In this document: piece after piece, positions 60,503 through 64,000 of the stretch
Position numbering within the stretch: position 1 is the stretch's first letter
Layout of the letters: each line of letters opens with the position of its first letter
NCBI GenBank assembly: GCA_963809485.1
Contig: CAWEJX010000020.1
Span: 96,001 to 160,000 of the forward strand
Source: an uncultured Acidobacteriota bacterium
GTDB taxonomy: Bacteria; Acidobacteriota; UBA6911
DNA: 64,000 nt
Direction of reading: 5' to 3'
The notes under the pieces: generated by a model
The model's input: only the letters and a program-made list of their open reading frames with translations
Told to the model about the DNA's origin: nothing
The model's database searches: none
Made by a program: the position numbers and the translations under genes

Positions 60503-61474
60503 TCAGACGGGAATCCCGGACTCACAGGGGACGCCGGTCTGGCAGAAACCGCAGCCGTAGGCCTTTTGGGGGAGGCCCAGTTGCTTGACTGCATACTCGC
60601 GTGTGACCATGCATTGACTGGCGCACGCCTTCTTGTCATGACCGGATTTCGTAACCGCGCCGCCGGGGCAACGACCTATGCACATGCCGCATATACCTTT
60701 GGCATAATGGAGGCAATAGGCATGATGATCTTTATAAGGGCGCGGGGTTGGCGGAACCTTGATCCGCGCCACGACTGAAGCGCATCGGATTGCTTTCCCC
60801 TTAGGCGTGATCAAGCCGTCGCATAGGCCGAAAGTCCCAAGGCCGGAAGCATAGGCCGCATGCCGTTCCGACCACGGTGTGGAAAAGCCGTACTTTGCAT
60901 TAACCGCTTGCGTGTTGAAATTTTTTGTAAGAATGGGAACAACTGCGGGATATCCTGATTTCGTGAGCGTGTCGGCGACATGACTGCTTAGTTCATCGAT
61001 AAACTCGCCGCCATAAAACCGCGCCCGGATCCATTTCTCCGATGGCGTCTTCGTTTGTTTGCGCAGATCGGCTTTGATCGACTCTGTGTGAGGCAGAATC
61101 CAGGAAATAATCGACAACTCATCGGGTTTTGCGGAGATTTCAGGATAGGTCATTTTAAAAATTTCCAGCGGAGTCCAGTAAAAGGAACCGATATCTTCCT
61201 TGAAAAATTGATAAATGTCATCGTCCCCTCGCGAGAAGCCGACCAGCGGTTCAGCCCACGCCTTTTCGTTTTCGGCATTCCGGATCGAGTTTGCCGGGGA
61301 TTTTGCCACGTAGTCTGCAATGAGCGATGTAATGGAGGCGGCATCCGTCGCATTAGCCGGATTCTCCGAAGCGGTTGCCGCGCAATGATTGGCGGCTAAA
61401 CCAACCAGTCCGGCGACCGCCGTGCTTTGTGCCGATACTCTCAAAAATTCTCTCCGATCCAATTTCAGTTTCAT
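60503..61474 (-). CDS. QueG/reductive-dehalogenase-like Fe-S (cobalamin-type) protein with Tat leader
   Basis: DRREFLR, WSERHAAYASGLGTFGL, C....CGMCIGRCP, C...GCGFCQTGVPC. Confidence 0.8.
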   Translation of the reverse strand: MKLKLDRREFLRVSAQSTAVAGLVGLAANHCAATASENPANATDAASITSLIADYVAKSPANSIRNAENEKAWAEPLVGFSRGDDDIYQFFKEDIGSFYWTPLEIFKMTYPEISAKPDELSIISWILPHTESIKADLRKQTKTPSEKWIRARFYGGEFIDELSSHVADTLTKSGYPAVVPILTKNFNTQAVNAKYGFSTPWSERHAAYASGLGTFGLCDGLITPKGKAIRCASVVARIKVPPTPRPYKDHHAYCLHYAKGICGMCIGRCPGGAVTKSGHDKKACASQCMVTREYAVKQLGLPQKAYGCGFCQTGVPCESGIPV

Positions 61475-62139
61475 GGGAGTTTCCTTATCATTTTTAATGC
61501 TCTGTTTCATCCAATAAAATTCCAGTGAGTTTGGATGTGACATCCGGTTTCCCCATATTCCTTGTCGCCATCAGACAGATCCTTAACGATGGGCACATCG
61601 GGAACAAAAAACAGACAAAACCTGAATAGATAGTTTATAGCGCTTTTCAAAATACGTTAACAAGGAATTAACAAAAGGGCCGCTTTGCGCGGTGAGGTTG
61701 CGACGATCAGGGACAATAAAAACGCTGATGGAGGGATTTGCATCGACCCAAATATCGGGGATCAGAGTAATCCCCATATCCCACTCACCTGGAACCAGTT
61801 GCGTAACCGGATCAATGGATTTGGGGCTCATCCCTTTGCGCTTCCTAAAATCCGTCCCCGACAATGTTGTTTCGCTGTAAAAGAAAATCCAAATGGGCTA
61901 AAATAGGTTTAGCTGCGAACAGATACCAAAACAATACGCCAGCTGTCGATGCAGGGGAGATGCTCTTCATGATCGGCAAGACGCTGGGAAACCACGATAT
62001 TCCAGCTCCAACTCAAGCGAGCAGCGCAAATCCATTGTATTGCATGACCGTTGAGACTGTTGGAATCGGCCTCCGCCGATGAAACAGGGCAAGATCGTCG
62101 ATACGGCCGGATATTTTTTTTGCGAACCAAGGGGGCGCC

Positions 62140-62478
62140 ATGAAGATAAAAACACGCACCATTGGAGATGTGCGAATTTTTGATTGCAGCGGCAAAATTA
62201 CGCTGGATGAGGGGATGCTGTCGCTTCGCAACACTCTGCATGATGCTTTGCAGGGCGGCATGAACAAGATCGTTCTCAATTTCGCCCACACCAAATTCAT
62301 CGACAGCTCAGGCGTTGGCGAACTGGTGCACACCTACAATTCAGTCACCAATGGCGGAGGGCAGATGAAGCTGCTCAACCTGACGAAGAAAATCTCGGAC
62401 CCGCTCGTCATCACCAAACTGATGACGGTTTTCAAAACATACAATGACGAGCAATCCGCCCTGGCAAGTTTTGATTGA
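62140..62478 (+). CDS. STAS domain anti-sigma factor antagonist
   Basis: GKITL, FIDSSGVGELV, LLNLTKKI...ITKL.TVF. Confidence 0.92.
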   Translation: MKIKTRTIGDVRIFDCSGKITLDEGMLSLRNTLHDALQGGMNKIVLNFAHTKFIDSSGVGELVHTYNSVTNGGGQMKLLNLTKKISDPLVITKLMTVFKTYNDEQSALASFD

Positions 62479-62916
62479 ACACGATTTAGGCAGATTGATA
62501 TCTTCCTGGAATTGGGCAAGAACCGCTTATCCACGGATGCTCTGGATGCCGGGTAATCCACGGTGTTTGGATATGCCTCCTCCATCAGGGACTTCCATAC
62601 CCAGAACTTGTGTGTCCGATACCTCAAGTAAACAGCTCTTTGGGCAGTTTAAATAAGGGCTCAGGGAATCCTCCTTGCCGGTGATCGACACGATACTTAC
62701 CACGCCGACCTGTTCCGGCTTTTCAAATCCGAGCTGTGCTGCCGGCGCTATGGGTAATCAGCTAATGGACGCCGCCGTCTTCTCCGCCGTAATGCGCATT
62801 TGCCCTTGATGCGCGATGCCGGTCTGTGTCCTAATCGCCCATATGGGAATCCTGTACCGCGAAATGGATTCCTTGATGAAGAAAGGATGCTGAGCCTGTG
62901 CTCGGAATTGAGGTCT

Positions 62917-63441
62917 ATGGCTGAACGTCTGGAAAAGAATGCGGCTGATTGCGGGATTCCCGCAGTGTGTGAGCGAATAGTCCCAGTCTGGTTGGTTATC
63001 CTGGATAATGCTCCCACCATCCTGATGTTTTTTCTCGGCTCGGCGCTGATCTGGCAAATCCATCCGGTCTATTCTATGCTGTTTCTTATCTATTGCGGTC
63101 TGTCCATCGTCCTGTTCTGGCGGCTCATCTGCCCGTGGTGCCACCATTTCGGCAGCTCGGCTTGTCCATGCGGCTATGGAAAAATTTCATCCCTCTTTTT
63201 TAAAAGAAAAACAGGCAAAGAATTCAGAAAAGTTTTTCGCAAAAACATCGGCATTCTTTTTCCCTGCTGGATCGTTCCACTGGGAACGGGCCTCTACCTG
63301 CTCCGGACGCAATTCGCCTGGTCGCTGTTATCGCTTTTCCTATCCTTCTGCCTGGTGGGTTTCGTGCTGATTCCCGCAATATCGAGGTTTGTGGGCTGCA
63401 GATCATGCGAAATAAAGGCCGAGTGTCCCTGGATGTCCTGA
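62917..63441 (+). CDS. Cys-rich membrane protein (hypothetical)
   Basis: Four TM segments, CPWC.....CPCG and C-terminal CRSC.....CP. Start uncertain (62800 possible). Confidence 0.65.
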   Translation: MAERLEKNAADCGIPAVCERIVPVWLVILDNAPTILMFFLGSALIWQIHPVYSMLFLIYCGLSIVLFWRLICPWCHHFGSSACPCGYGKISSLFFKRKTGKEFRKVFRKNIGILFPCWIVPLGTGLYLLRTQFAWSLLSLFLSFCLVGFVLIPAISRFVGCRSCEIKAECPWMS

Positions 63442-64000
63442 ACACTCTCCTGTCAAATTAGCTTTTTGCCATAATCGGAGAAGAATTCCTCAGCATGGGA
63501 ATTTTTCCCTGCTGTCCTGCATTTGCTTGAGCGTCACCCCAGAGTGAGACGCCCCATCCTGTCGGATATTCAACAATTTTTCGACGAAAACGTACCATTT
63601 CCACCTGCATGAAGCCAACTGAGACATCGCCATTCGAGCGATTCAGATTGATAAAATCTACACCCGGTTTGGGAATCATACCGACTCATACGCCGGGATA
63701 TCTTTTGGAATAGTCGCCCGGCTGGGCCAGATGCGCCACTGATTCTGATCTTGAATCAGGACGGCTGAACCGGCGAACCCAGAGGTTTGATGACAGCCCA
63801 CTGAAAGCGGTTCGGTGAGTTCCATCCTCCCTTGCACGCTGTCCTTCAACCTGGTTGTCAGCGTTATCGGATTCTGGCGCTGCCAAATTCCATGATTCTC
63901 CAGACAAAAGTAGGGAATTGCCGGCGCATTCAAATTACGGAACTCCGGTTTGAAGGCTCCGATCTTTGCACTGGATCCCTGAAGACATTGACGCCGAATC

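Noticed and set aside
63458-64000. Possible partial gene at the right edge
   Set aside because: Several short frames are open but none gives a recognisable protein, so it is left unannotated.

Overview
64 kb of moderately GC-rich bacterial chromosome. The HU and STAS sequences, Fhs/FolD, tungsten-type AOR enzymes and a His-type THI4 suggest an anaerobic Acidobacteriota member (inference only). Most of the window is metabolic or housekeeping: peptide ABC transporter, HU, NfuA, GH20 hexosaminidase, AspA, Fhs, FolD, MFS transporters, TPP riboswitch-THI4, pirin and tRNA-fMet. The items most worth following up are: (1) a compact ceramide/sphingolipid-type cluster (SDR, fatty acyl-AMP ligase, ACP-alpha-oxoamine synthase fusion, bCerS-like GNAT); (2) a family of non-autonomous elements with IS200/IS605-like hairpin ends and nested palindromic cargo, two copies of which bracket that cluster; (3) an AmmeMemoRadiSam operon whose proteins carry export signals, followed by a spermidine-synthase-fold membrane protein lacking the catalytic Asp; (4) a Tat Fe-S subunit followed by two tandem AOR paralogs; (5) an integrase-less 2.35 kb islet in tRNA-fMet holding a TA pair and gene remnants; (6) a ~1,630 aa four-ATPase tandem UvrA-like gene next to a prenyltransferase-fold gene; (7) a predicted pseudokinase cut by the window edge. 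Four frameshifts fall in short homopolymers and are probably assembly errors. No CRISPR array, rRNA, integrase or transposase was seen. All family assignments come from motif recognition by eye, not database searches.
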